Positions 11,650 to 23,200 of a stretch of DNA of 64,000 bases are shown in pieces. Source of the stretch: Camelus ferus (lineage: Eukaryota); the NCBI RefSeq assembly GCF_009834535.1, contig NC_045705.1, positions 55,242,001 to 55,306,000 on the forward strand. The letters run 5' to 3'. A model generated the notes under the pieces. The model did not search any database and was not told the origin of the DNA. It was given only the letters and a program-made list of their open reading frames with translations. The position numbers and the translations under genes were made by a program. Within the stretch, counting starts at the first letter, position 1; every line of letters begins with the position of its first letter.

Positions 11650-11800
11650 TTTATGTAGAACAAAATACTTATATTTAAAATATACATGTTTGATGAGTTT
11701 TGACGTATGTTTACATCTGTGACACCATCACTACTTTCAAGATACTGAACATTTCTATGACCCCCAAAAGTTTTCTCCTATTAATTTACAATTCATTCCA
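11650..11800 (-). mobile_element. Old L1M 3'-end fragment
   Basis: tatacatgtttgatgagttttgacgtatgtttacatctgtgacaccatcac...tgaacatttctatgacccccaaaagttt. Confidence 0.65.
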
Positions 11801-12207
11801 TTGGGTTCACTTTATTAGCATTTTACAGGTCCCCTTTTCCCTGTCAATCCACATGCACGTGAAAATTTGGAATGTTCTAGAAACCTGGGTTAGCACTTAG
11901 TGATAATGGTCCCTTTCACACCACTAACATTTCCTCTCTACTGATAGTCTGCCACAGAGCAGATACCTTCCCCAACCTCAGAAAGAGGTAGACCTTCCCT
12001 ATCAAGATCATTCTCTGAGAATTAGGGGCAGCCCAATTCTCCATTCTGGTTTAGAGTCTGAACCTTAGAACCAACTTCTCTGTCCTATGGTATGTTTTTA
12101 TTGCTTCTCTCTGGAAGCCAAACCAACTTTCATGCTGGTGGATCCCTTGACAGTCTGCCCAGAGGGTCAGAACTGTATAGAACTTACACATGTAATGAAA
12201 GGGTTTA

Positions 12208-12505
12208 GAGCAGTGATTCCTAAACGCTGGGCCAAGGACAGTACCAAGCCATGATAAATCTTTCATCTATTCAAGGTGTAAGGAGAGAAAGAAATATGGA
12301 ACATCAGGTTTTCATAAAGATAAAATTCTTAGATTATCATTCCTATCCTTTGGTGTTAAAGTGCTCTCTCACTGAAGAAGGAATGGTGACAGTGGATGAT
12401 GGGTTTTAAAAAAACTGATATATTTGCCAAAATAAAAAGTAACAGTCCTATTTAGAATTTTTTAAAATCTATTTTTACTGGTTCTTGAAATCCAGAAATT
12501 TAGAG
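12208..12505. mobile_element. hAT-Charlie-like non-autonomous DNA transposon relic
   Basis: Starts cagtgattcctaaacgctgg and ends ggttcttgaaatccagaaattt with an AT-rich interior; family uncertain. Confidence 0.5.
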
Positions 12506-15500
12506 TGATGATGGTGTGGTTGCTGTATTATTGAGGAAACATGTTAATACAGTAATTCTACTATATAACTTCTGACATCTAAACAGCATTAATGCATGAG
12601 ATAGCAATCTCAAATTTTACTGGATTTACATAGATACTTTGTGAAGTATGCAAGGGCAGGAATTCATATTTTATAGTTGAGGAATCAAATTCAGAAGCCA
12701 GAGATCACATAGTGATAAAATGGCAAAGCTGGACCCCAAATTATGTCTCCTGAGAGTGACTTGGGAAAATAAAGTTTTTAACAGAGAATGAAGGTGATGT
12801 GGAGTAAAAAGCATGTGATGGATAGGAAGGTTGTGATGACATGGAGGACATGATACTGGCAAAAACCTTTTTTTAATGATTTGTAATTGTTCTGTCTACA
12901 AAAGATATTAAAGAGACTGTTAGGGTGACATAGGTTTGAAGATTCTGTTAATTAATGTTGCAAAGGCATAGGAACAGGTGTGCATAATACCTGGATCACA
13001 CTGTGATAATGATAGGGTGAGTCAAATCCCATGTCAGAGGGTTCTTAGGGACTGTCCAAATTCTTGGTTATTCTAAAGGAAGCACTGGGTTTGGTAAGCT
13101 TATTGTTTGCTATACTGAACTCTTTGTTGAATAGTAGTGCATTAAGTATAATGGATTTTGCCTTATGATACATAGCTGAGTAGATCTGAGAAGATGAGAC
13201 ATAGATGAGGATGACAATGTAGAGACAGAAACATGTTCACGGTGCTGTATATAACCATTTATTCCACATCTGCTTTGTGCCAGGCAATCTGCTAAGTGCT
13301 GGGAGGACAAATTCATTCATTCATATATTAATTTATTTATTCATTCAGCAAATGCTTCTTCAACATGTAGCCTGCCCTCGAGATGCTCACATTTTAGGAG
13401 ATAGCAAGATAAATAAGATGTGGTCCCCTGAGGTCTCAAGGAATTCTCATTCTGGTTGGGAGAGATAGACACACGAAAAGATAATTTCAATTTAGAGAGA
13501 GAATGTGAAATATAAAGATAAATCATCTTGAGGTGATTACTTCTCTGTAACCTAGTCTCAGTCTCTCTATGTTCCAGTCATATCTATGCAGTGATCTACT
13601 ATATCTCTACAGGCCTGGCAAAGTTAACATGTCCAAAACAGAACTCATTGAGTCTTTGCTCTGAAAGCCTGCTTTTGCACCATATGCTGTGTATCAGCCC
13701 AGGCAAGGACTTCAGTATCATCTTCTATTCTTTCTGCTCCTTCCTGCCCCCCACCCCCAACTCTAGGTAGTTAGTCATTAAAATCTTAATCCTTTTCCCT
13801 CTAAATTATCTCTGTTCTTTTCATCTCCATTGCTACATCTTCACTGTTAAGGCTTTAGTTTACTTCCTTCTCATCTCTCATCTGGATTTTTTCTCCCCCA
13901 ACAGTCTCCTGCCTTCAGACTTGCTCTTTTCTAGCCCGTCCCTGGACTGATCTTTCTAAAAATACAAATTTGATCATGGAATTCCTCTGCTTAAAAACTT
14001 TTGGCTCTTTGTATTCTGTAGGACAACATCCAAGTTCATTAATATGGCATCATTTGGCCTCGACTCACCTCTCCAGCTTCATCTCCTGCCACTCTCTACT
14101 CTGTTCTAGCTTGAATAAATTGTTCACAGTTCCCTAACAAATGTTACTCTTTTGAACCTTGAAATCTTTGTAATAGCTACTTCCTCTACTGGGAATGCCT
14201 TCTCTTCTCTGCCCAGTGAACTTTCCTCATCCATTAGGATCTAGTTCAGTTTCACCTCCTCTTTGACTTCTTTGTTACCCTCCTGCAAGAGGGGTGGATA
14301 TAGCTGCTTGTGACATGGGGATTTACTGCTGTAAAGGGGAGTCACGCTGTGAGGTACAGGGGCTCTGCTGGGGTCAGGATGGGAGCCCCCTGCACGATGC
14401 AGAGGTGGTCCTGGGGAGGGGGGAAGTGAGGTGGGACCAGATACTCATATCCCGTTTGTCTTATACGTGCAGGCTGAGGGGCAGACAAGCAGGGAGGCTA
14501 TGTGTAAGCTGAGCTCTAGACTCTAGGCTTCTGTGAGGTGGGGTGTTTGTTTTCTTCCCTTTTGTATTCCTGTGAGGTTTTAATCAGATCTTTCTACTTT
14601 CAGTATCTAGGGTAACAGCCCATCCCTGCCTCTTATGTCAGTAAGAGGAAGAGCCATTGTAGGGGGAGAGAAACTCAGAACCTCACTGACCCATTCTTAG
14701 AAGGTTGTTTTGGTCTCTCTCTGTCTGCTGTAGGTGTTGCAGGTGTATCCCTGCCCCCAGCTCCCGCTCTCTTTGCCTCTCCCAGGGCAAAGTTTCCTAA
14801 GTGAGGCTGAGCCACTTCCTGCCTTGTGCCTTCTGTTCTGAGGCTGGTGGACACCCTTGCTGAATGTGCCCATAAGGCCGTATTTTGGGCCCTACGGTGA
14901 GTGCCTGACCTTGGCCATTTGGGGTCTGAAGGATCAGCTCCTTTTTTCCCTGTGGCTGAGCATGTAGGTAAACTTGGGAAGAGGGGTCTACTTTTTTCTA
15001 GACTTTGCTGTGGGAGGAAAGGGCCCAGTAAGAGTGGTGATTTCACTCTCTTCTTTGTCTTGTTCTGAACTTTTCAGGGTTAACAGGGAGCGAGGGAGTC
15101 TTACACAGGTGACAGGGACACCAATCTATGGCTTTCTTTTATGTTTTTACAGTGTGTGAAAAGGGCCCAGGTTAAGTGCTGGCTTTCAGGTTCTGAGACA
15201 CTGATTTCAGTGGGGCTCTTCTCTTTGAGGTCTTTGAAAAGACATGAGGGTGGGGTGGGGAGGGAAAATGCTGGAGGCCACTTCCCCCTGGGTCTGTGAG
15301 CAGTGCCCTTTGTCAGTCAAGCAGAGGACCAGGAATAGGCACCCCAGGTAAATCGCAAGGTAGGATCTGTTTGTTAGTCTTTGGAATTGAGTTCCAGAGG
15401 CTGGAGGCAGTTTAGTTTTGGACACGTTAAGGCCTTACTTTGCTGAGGCTGGATGCTTGGCCCTTCTTCATCTCCCATGGGGTATGTGGTTGAGGTGGTG

Positions 15501-15894
15501 AGGATGGACATGTCAGAGCACGTTAGAACTCTCCCCTCTGTTGGAGATGAGGGCACCTTGGTCAGACAGGGTCAGGAGACAGAAGGGGGAAGGAAAATGT
15601 CACTTATAGAGCACCTACGCTTTGTGCCTGGACTGCTCCATAAGTTATCTTATTTAAGTCTTAAAGCAATAACAGTATATATTTCATCAGAAATTTATAG
15701 ACAAGAAAACAGGCTCCAACGTATGAAGTGATTTATTTAATGGAGGACTGTGATTCAAACCTTTGTTTGAGGAACGCCACAGCTCATGCTTTATTTACTT
15801 CCTTGTATTACTCTTGCTTGACCTTAGGGCCCCTGTTTGTTTTCAGTCCTCAAGTGAAGTATGTTTGAGAAAGCATTCAGTCACCAGTAGACCT

Positions 15895-16090
15895 CTTGTA
15901 TCACTTAGGGTCTTTGAAGGTAGCAAGCAGATGGCACAAATTAAGTTTGGGAAAATTTAATAGTAAAGGGACTATATTTACAAATTAGTGGGCAAATGAC
16001 TTTAAGGAAACCAGCAAGGGATGGTACAGTGTCCCAGGGCTAAGGACAGTGACAGGTCTAGTAGCAGGGGAGATTTCTTATCAGTAATCT
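15895..16090 (+). mobile_element. ERVL-type LTR fragment (family uncertain)
   Basis: gcagatggcacaaatt...tttaatagtaaagggactatatttacaaa...ggaaaccagcaagggatggtacagtgtcccagggcta. Confidence 0.55.
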
Positions 16091-17189
16091 CCACTGTTGG
16101 CTTTGCCTGCCTGAGCCCACACCTTCTTGGGACCTGAAGTACTAGGGCAGACGGGTAAGTGCCTTTTCCAGTGCTCCCTGCTGGTGATGGCCACTAGTCT
16201 GTGTGACTGTGTTTGATGGTTTATAGGAAACCCTGTGTGGGATGTATGTGAGCATCCACTCCATGGCTCTTCCACCTTCTTGCCCTGACCGTGAATCTCT
16301 TGGGGTGAGGTGGGGGAGAGGGTAGGTGGGTGGGGGTGGTAGTAGCTATTAGCTTCCGTCTTCCAGTTTTCAGATTTACCTGAAGTGGCATCCGTCCTCT
16401 CTGTTTTACTATTTCCTTCTTTCTCAGAGGAAGTGGTATATTTCTGTTTCTCAGACTAATCCTATACCTGTTTTTTCTGTCAGTTTGCCCGTTGTATTTA
16501 TCTGTAACCTATTATTTTCTTTGGACTCCTTTTCCTCACTTGACAAACACCTCTGAGGCTCCCCGTCCGACCGACTAAAACTGACTGACTGTCAGTCACT
16601 TTTCATTGTAGTTTATCTTTCTATAGACTATACACTATACACTATGGGTAACCTTCAGTTTCTTGAAACTTTGTTTTCTTGATTTCTAGATTATCATCAT
16701 CTCTTGGATTTCTCCTTCCATTCCTGGCTATGCTCACAAGTCTTTTTTTTTAAAGACTCCTCTTCCTTTGCTTTCCTAAGTCCTAGTTTTTCCCAGGATG
16801 TCACCCTTGGCTCCTTTCAGGATCTGCTGATCGCTTTGGATGATTCCATCCACTTCTATAGCTTCATCTACCATGTATCAGCTGGTGACTCCTAGTCTTG
16901 ATTTTACTTACCCTTGAGCTCAAGTATAATATTTGTCTTGCTTTCCGGACGTCATGGTTTTCCCATAGGTGTCTCAAAACACAACACATCCAAAACTGTG
17001 CTCATCCTGTTTTCTAAAACACAGTTCCTTTGTTATGTGTTCCTAGTCTATTAATGGAGTTATCTTTTACTAAGTCTCTTATACTTCATGTTAGGGGCTT
17101 CTCTTATCCTCCCTTCATTTGGTGGGTCTGATTGCTTCTACTTCACAATTAAGTTAAATCTGGAGGCAGGTTATCTGCATTTGTATCTC

Positions 17190-17370
17190 ATTCTTGCCAG
17201 TTTCTGGCTAACTTTGACAATTTATTTAACTTTTCTAGGCTTTGATTTCCTCATGTGTAAAATGGAGATAATAATACATCTAGCATTTTTAGTAGGCTTA
17301 AATGAGCTACTCCATGTGGTGCTTAGAGTGGAGCCTGGCACATAGTAGTGCTCAATATATGTTAGCTATT
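17190..17370 (+). mobile_element. MIR SINE
   Basis: gatttcctcatgtgtaaaatggagataataatac...ttaaatgag...gcttagagtggagcctggcacatagtagtgctcaatatatgttagctatt. Confidence 0.8.
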
Positions 17371-17834
17371 ATAAGTTTTAAATTCAGCATTTGGTTCCAC
17401 AGACATATTTGAAGGCCAGGTGCTGCGTTGGCACTGGGATTTCAAAGAAGAGTGGATGCTGTGGTCCCTTTTGTCAGGGAGCTTGCTATTAGTGACAGTG
17501 GTATTACAGGTGTAAACAATTTCATTACCACATGGGACATGCTAAGATTGAGGTGAATCTAAGATTTATCTTTTCTTTTCTAACTCTGCTCTTATCACTT
17601 TAGTTCATGCCATCGTGTCCTTGTTTAAGAACGTCCTTTGTCTCAATAGATAAAACTCAAATTCCTAGCATGATATTTGATGATATTTATAACCTTCACC
17701 CATGTTTCCCCTTCCACTCAGTATTGTATCTCTCTTCTCTAAATAGTCTGTGATGAAGCCACACCAAACTTGCAACTGTTCTTCAGATTTGCCATGCTCT
17801 TTCGCAGTGCTGTGTTTTTGCACATACTGTTTTT

Positions 17835-17983
17835 TAAAACATTTTTTAAAATTAAAGTATAGTTGATTTACAATGTTGTGTTAGTTTCTAGTGTACAGCA
17901 CAGTGATTCAGTTACACATATATATCTTCTTCATATTCTTTTTCATTATAGCTTATTATAAGATATTAAATGTAGTTCCCTGG
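17835..17983 (-). mobile_element. 5'-truncated L1 3' end (about 150 nt) with 13-bp TSD
   Basis: aagtatagttgatttacaatgttgtgttagtttctagtgtacagcacagtgattcagtta; flanked by ACATACTGTTTTT at 17822-17834 and 17984-17996. Confidence 0.85.
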
Positions 17984-20088
17984 ACATACTGTTTTTAATA
18001 CGAAGAAGGCATTTCCCTCTGCGCTTTGTGGCCCGTATCTTGTTAAAGATTTAAGTCAGATATCACTTCTTTTCTGGAATCCTCTTATAGTCTCCCAGGT
18101 AGAATTAGTTGCTTTCCTTTGTGCTCCCATGACATTTTTGTAAATACCTCTGTTTATAATATTTATTGGCATTTTTCTTTATGCTCCCCCCAACTGTTTT
18201 TATCCATTGTTTGTTTCCAGTGCTTTCTTAGCACAGTGTGGTGTACATTGAGCTGATGGATGAGTAAGCCCTGCCTGCTGCTTAGGACTGGCCCCACCCT
18301 TTATAATACTGTCTTTTGTTCTCCAGAAAGTTTCCTTAAGCATAGCTACTACCTTCCTTTAGTTTAGCGAGCAGATAACGGTGAGAGAGAGTAAATCTGG
18401 GTAGAAGGGGATGGTGCTTAATATAGCCGGAGGGCAAAGTATGGGGCTTTTGCCAGGTCTCCCAGTTCCTTTAGCCCTTGTTGAGTATAAAGAGGAAGGA
18501 CAACTGAACCCCGCCTTTCCTCTGAAGTTTCCATTACTTGTGAGATATCGTTGAGAGACAGTCCTGCTGAGGGGGTGGTAGATGTGATGAAGAAGGAACT
18601 GTGAGCCCTGGCTGAGTTCAACAGCTCTTTTGGTGCTTTTCTCCTTTCTCTAGTGAGGATGTCATGTCATGGCCCCAGGAGTGAGTGTCCGATGCATCTG
18701 ACAGGAGAGGGTATGTGTGTGTTCATGGGAGGGTATCCATGTGTTCTTTGCTAGAATGAAAATTCTTTTTTGAGTGGCTCTGAATTTTCACGTCTTGAGA
18801 GTATTCAGCAAATTAAAGGTCTGTTTGTCTGTTTCCTACTGAGTGGGCTTTTAGGGAGGGACCTGCAATAGATAGAAAAAAATTTCTTCCTTGTTGATCC
18901 CAGAGGGCTGGAGTCAGATCAAGACTGGATTTCAGATCGTTCATTTGTTTGTTCGTTCATTTGTTCATTCACTGAAGCATCCGTACACTCAGCAAATATT
19001 TATTGAGTCCTTAGGCACTGCTCTTGGTACTGGGGATACAACAGTAAACAAAACAGAGGCGCCTTGTCCTCAACAAGCTTACACTGTAGTGGGGAAGATA
19101 GTCAAATAAATAAGCAGATAAATATTTTTAGATAGTGAAAATACTGCTGAAAAGAAACTAGGATTAGGAAGCTAGAGAGTGAAGGTGGGCAGATGTGCTA
19201 TTCAGTTAGAATTGTTAAGTATGTCCTCTCTGAGGAGATGGCATTTGAAGAGAACTGAAGGATGTGAACAGTGTGAGGATCAGGAAAGAGCACAGCGGAC
19301 AGAGGGAAGAGGAGGTGTTCAGGAAGACCTGAATGAGTGAGGCCTGAGTGCGGACCGGCTTGTACAGATTACGTAGTTCCCTGGAGGCCAGTGTAAAGGA
19401 TTTGGATTGTTACCAGTGTGATAGGGAACCACTGGAGGGTATTCAGCAGAGGAGGAATGTAGTATAATTTATGTTTTAAAAATATCACTCTGGTTGCTGT
19501 GTGGAGAATAGACTCTCGGAGTGGGGGAGGGGGAAACTGGAAGCATGGGAGACCAGATTAGAAGTTATTGCAACAGTGAGACTTGTTTTGAGGGTATAGA
19601 CAATAGGTTGATGAACTGGTTATTGGAAGTACAGAAAAGAGGAAAGAAGGCTGATGCCCAGGTGAGCAAGTAGGTGAATATTGCTATCATTTATTAAGAT
19701 GGAGAAGGCTGGGGTGGGGGGGTAACAGTTTGGTATTGGAATGAATTCTGTTTTAGACATGTTGAGTTTAAGGTGCTGACTGTGAGTGTGCATGTATGTG
19801 TGGAGTTTTCAGTGGAGTGGTGGTTCTGAGTTCTTCCTGCTGTGGGTAGAGAGAAGCAAACTTCTGTTAACCTCTTTTTCCTTTCTCTTTGAATTAGATT
19901 TGTAGGTCTGGATTGGGCAGTGACCTCTGGGCTCACTACTACAGCCTGGTGCATCTTTTGGCTCCATGGACAGCTGCTGGCTCCTACAGACCGGATGAAG
20001 CAGACTAGAGACACAAGTGGAGAAAGTCTCCAGCTGGCATATTCTCAGAGTGTGGCCCTCTGGCCGCTGGCCCTGCCCAGCCTGCTTC

Positions 20089-20226
20089 ATGGAGAGGATG
20101 AACTGGCTGAGCAGGCTGGCCTCCCGGGCCCCTGGGCACCGTGTACCACAAGGGGCCAGTCTGCAGACCCCTGTCATGGCTGACCCTGAGACCTGCCTCA
20201 TGGTCTTCAAGAATCACTGGTCCCAG
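20089..20226 (+). CDS. FHIP1B: FHIP1B exon 2, coding part (138 nt)
   Basis: Acceptor at 19897 or 19905; ATG 20089; donor CAG|GTAGGA. Confidence 0.95.
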
Positions 20227-23200
20227 GTAGGAGACTGTATGCTGAAGGGCCCAGTCTACTGAATGCCCGAATCCTTCTAACCTTCTCTGTTCTCTCACCT
20301 TGCCACCTAGTCACCTTATCATCTTAGATTCCTTCTTGCTGTCCTGTTTCTACAGGTGGTGCGAATCCTGGAGCGGCAAGGCCCTCGGGCAGCGCCTGGG
20401 GGCGCAGACGATCTCAGTGCTGTGCGAAACCACACTTACCAGATGCTGACCCTGTTGGCAGAGGATCGTGCAGTCCCCTCGGCCCCCTCAGCTCCTGGGC
20501 CCCTGCTGGAGTTTGCTCTGCGCGAGGATCTGCTCACCCGTGTATTGGCCTGGCAGCTTCAGTGGGATGAGCTTGGAGATGGGGTTGAGGAACGGCGGGC
20601 TGAGCAACTGAAACTCTTTGAGATGCTAGTGAGCGAAGCTCGCCAGCCACTGTTGCGGCATGGTCCAGTTCGTGAGGCTCTGCTGATCTTGCTGGACGCC
20701 TGTGGCCGCCCTGTGCCCAGTAACCCAGCACTGGATGAAGGCCTGGTGCTACTTCTCAGCCAGCTGTGCGTGTGTCTGGCCCGGGAGCCCTCATTGCTCG
20801 AGTTCTTCCTGCAGCCACCTCCTGAGCCCGGAGCTGCTCCCCGTCTTCTCCTCTTTTCTCGCCTTGTCCCCTTCGTCCATCGAGAGGGCACCCTAGGCCA
20901 GCAGGCCCGTGACTCCCTACTCCTGCTCATGGCTCTGTCAGCTGGGAGCCCCACTGTGGGCCGCTATATTGCAGATCACTCTTACTTCTGCCCGGTCAGC
21001 ACCTCCTGGGATGGGGGGTAGGGTATGGCGTGCAGACACTGGGCAGCACCTTGCTGTGCAGGAGATGGGGAGGGGCTATGTACCAGGGTCTTCTCTTTCA
21101 AGAAGTAGCCCCTCAGGTTTGAAAGCAGTGCCTGGAGTTAGGGTGGGGATGAACCATGGGCTTATGTGGATAAGGCAGGTATGAAGGCTCTTCATGGGCC
21201 AGTGTTCCACATGATGTCTTGGCACCTTGGGTAACTAAATACCTGCTGGTAATAGCTCTTCCCTCTACTCTCATAAAGGCTGAGTTAATAGTTCTCTGTT
21301 CCCCCTTTTTATATGGTCTGAGCCTTTGGTAACGTGTCCTTGGGGATGGCCCCCAGGTGCTGGCCACAGGGCTGAGTGCCCTGTACTCTTCACTGCCCCG
21401 AAAGATTGAAGTTCCAGGTGATGACTGGCACTGCCTGCGACGGGAGGACTGGCTGGGAGTGCCAGCCCTTGCGCTCTTCATGAGTTCCCTAGAGTTCTGC
21501 AATGCAGTCATTCAGGTGGGATTGGGGTTCCCAGGAAGGCTGGCCCTTGGTCATTCTGGGGAGATGGGTGGGAGAGGGCGCATTCCCCAGAGTTCTGGTT
21601 TTCTGCCATCTGGGAGGTAGGGTACCTACTTGTACTATACCATTCTACTCCCTTCCAGACAGTGGTCCCCTTCAAAATCCTCCACCCTCTCTTTGCACCC
21701 CTACAGGTGGCTCACCCCCTGGTGCAAAAGCAGCTTGTTGATTATATCCATAATGGGTTCCTGGTGCCTGTCATGGGCCCTGCCCTGCACAAGGTGAGTC
21801 ATGGATGGAAGGCAGATTAAGGGATTAATTAGGCTGAGGGATGGTCCCCTCAATGCCAGGATCAATGTGGGAGGCTGTGGGGTGTGTACTTCTCCCTTTT
21901 TCCCTGTCTGCTCCTAGTTACCTTGTTAGAACTTAGGGAAAGTGGCTCAGTGTATATGCGGGGAAGCCCTAAATTTCCAAACTTTCCCTNNNNNNNNNNN
22001 NNNNNNNNNNNNNNNNNNNNNNNNNNNNNNNNNNNNNNNNNNNNNNNNNNNNNNNNNNNNNNNNNNNNNNNNNNNNNNNNNNNNNNNNNNNNNNNNNNNN
22101 NNNNNNNNNNNNNNNNNNNNNNNNNNNNNNNNNNNNNNNNNNNNNTGCCCGTATTGGCAGCAACTCCCGGGTATGGCCCCTACCTCTGCCCTGGCTTACC
22201 TGGGTGAGCCATCTTCTCTCTCTGACCTCTGTTCTGGGAGAGTGTTCCTGCCCTTCTTTGGCCTTTGTCTCCAGCAATTACTTCAGAGTTAGGTGGCATT
22301 TTCTTTCTAGTGTTAAACTTAACTGTTTTGGGTACAATTTTAATGTGCCTACTTGCTTTTATAGTACATGAATCACACAGTCACCTTTCCTGGATGTCTT
22401 TGGCTACTCATCGGGGCTACATGTTTTGCATCTGTGCGACACTTGTAATGTAGCATTGGCCTGGGATTCTCTCTAGCTGTGTAGCGCTCTGTGGCTTGCT
22501 GTGGGTGACCTGAGATCTCTTCTTCACATTTTGTGTCTGCTTTGATACGTGGTCCAGGTGCTAATAGTATTTTTACCTTCTCTTCCCTTTGGATTTGCTG
22601 CATTTGAGCTGCTGTAACTTGGGGTACCCATCCGCACACCTACCAATTACATTCCTTCCTCCTGAGCATTTTTACAGAATGTTCATTATGTGTCATACTG
22701 TTCTCTGGTACTGAGGATATGATGGGAAACAGTAGTTGCTGACTTCATGGAGCTTCCTTCACAGAGGAAGTAGATAAGCAAGCATATAACTAGAATAATT
22801 GAAAGTTGTTATGAAAAAACCAGCAGGGTGCTTAGAAAACCATAGGGTGGTCAAAAAGCCTCTCTGAGGAGGTGACATTGGTAGAGACCTAAAGGTCGTG
22901 AGGGAGTTAGCCTGTTGAAGAGCAAGTGGAAGAACAGTCTAGGCAGAGGGAGCAGTGCACTCAAAGGACGTCAACGGGGGACGAGCTTAATGTGTTCGAG
23001 GAAATGAAGACCAGTGTGACTGGAGGTGTAGCGAGCAGAGGGGAGAATGAAAGGGAGGTGAGATTCAGATCATGCGTGGCTTGTGGACCGTGGTAAGTTT
23101 GGATTTTTACCAATAGAAATGTATATAAAATAGGAGTAAATTGTTTCTAAGTAGTAAGTCTTTCTTAGGGCAATAAAGCCTTAGTTTAGCCATGGACTTT

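Noticed and set aside
16582-16598. Perfect palindrome TGACTGAC-T-GTCAGTCA
   Set aside because: An 8-bp stem is roughly expected by chance in 64 kb; no supporting context.
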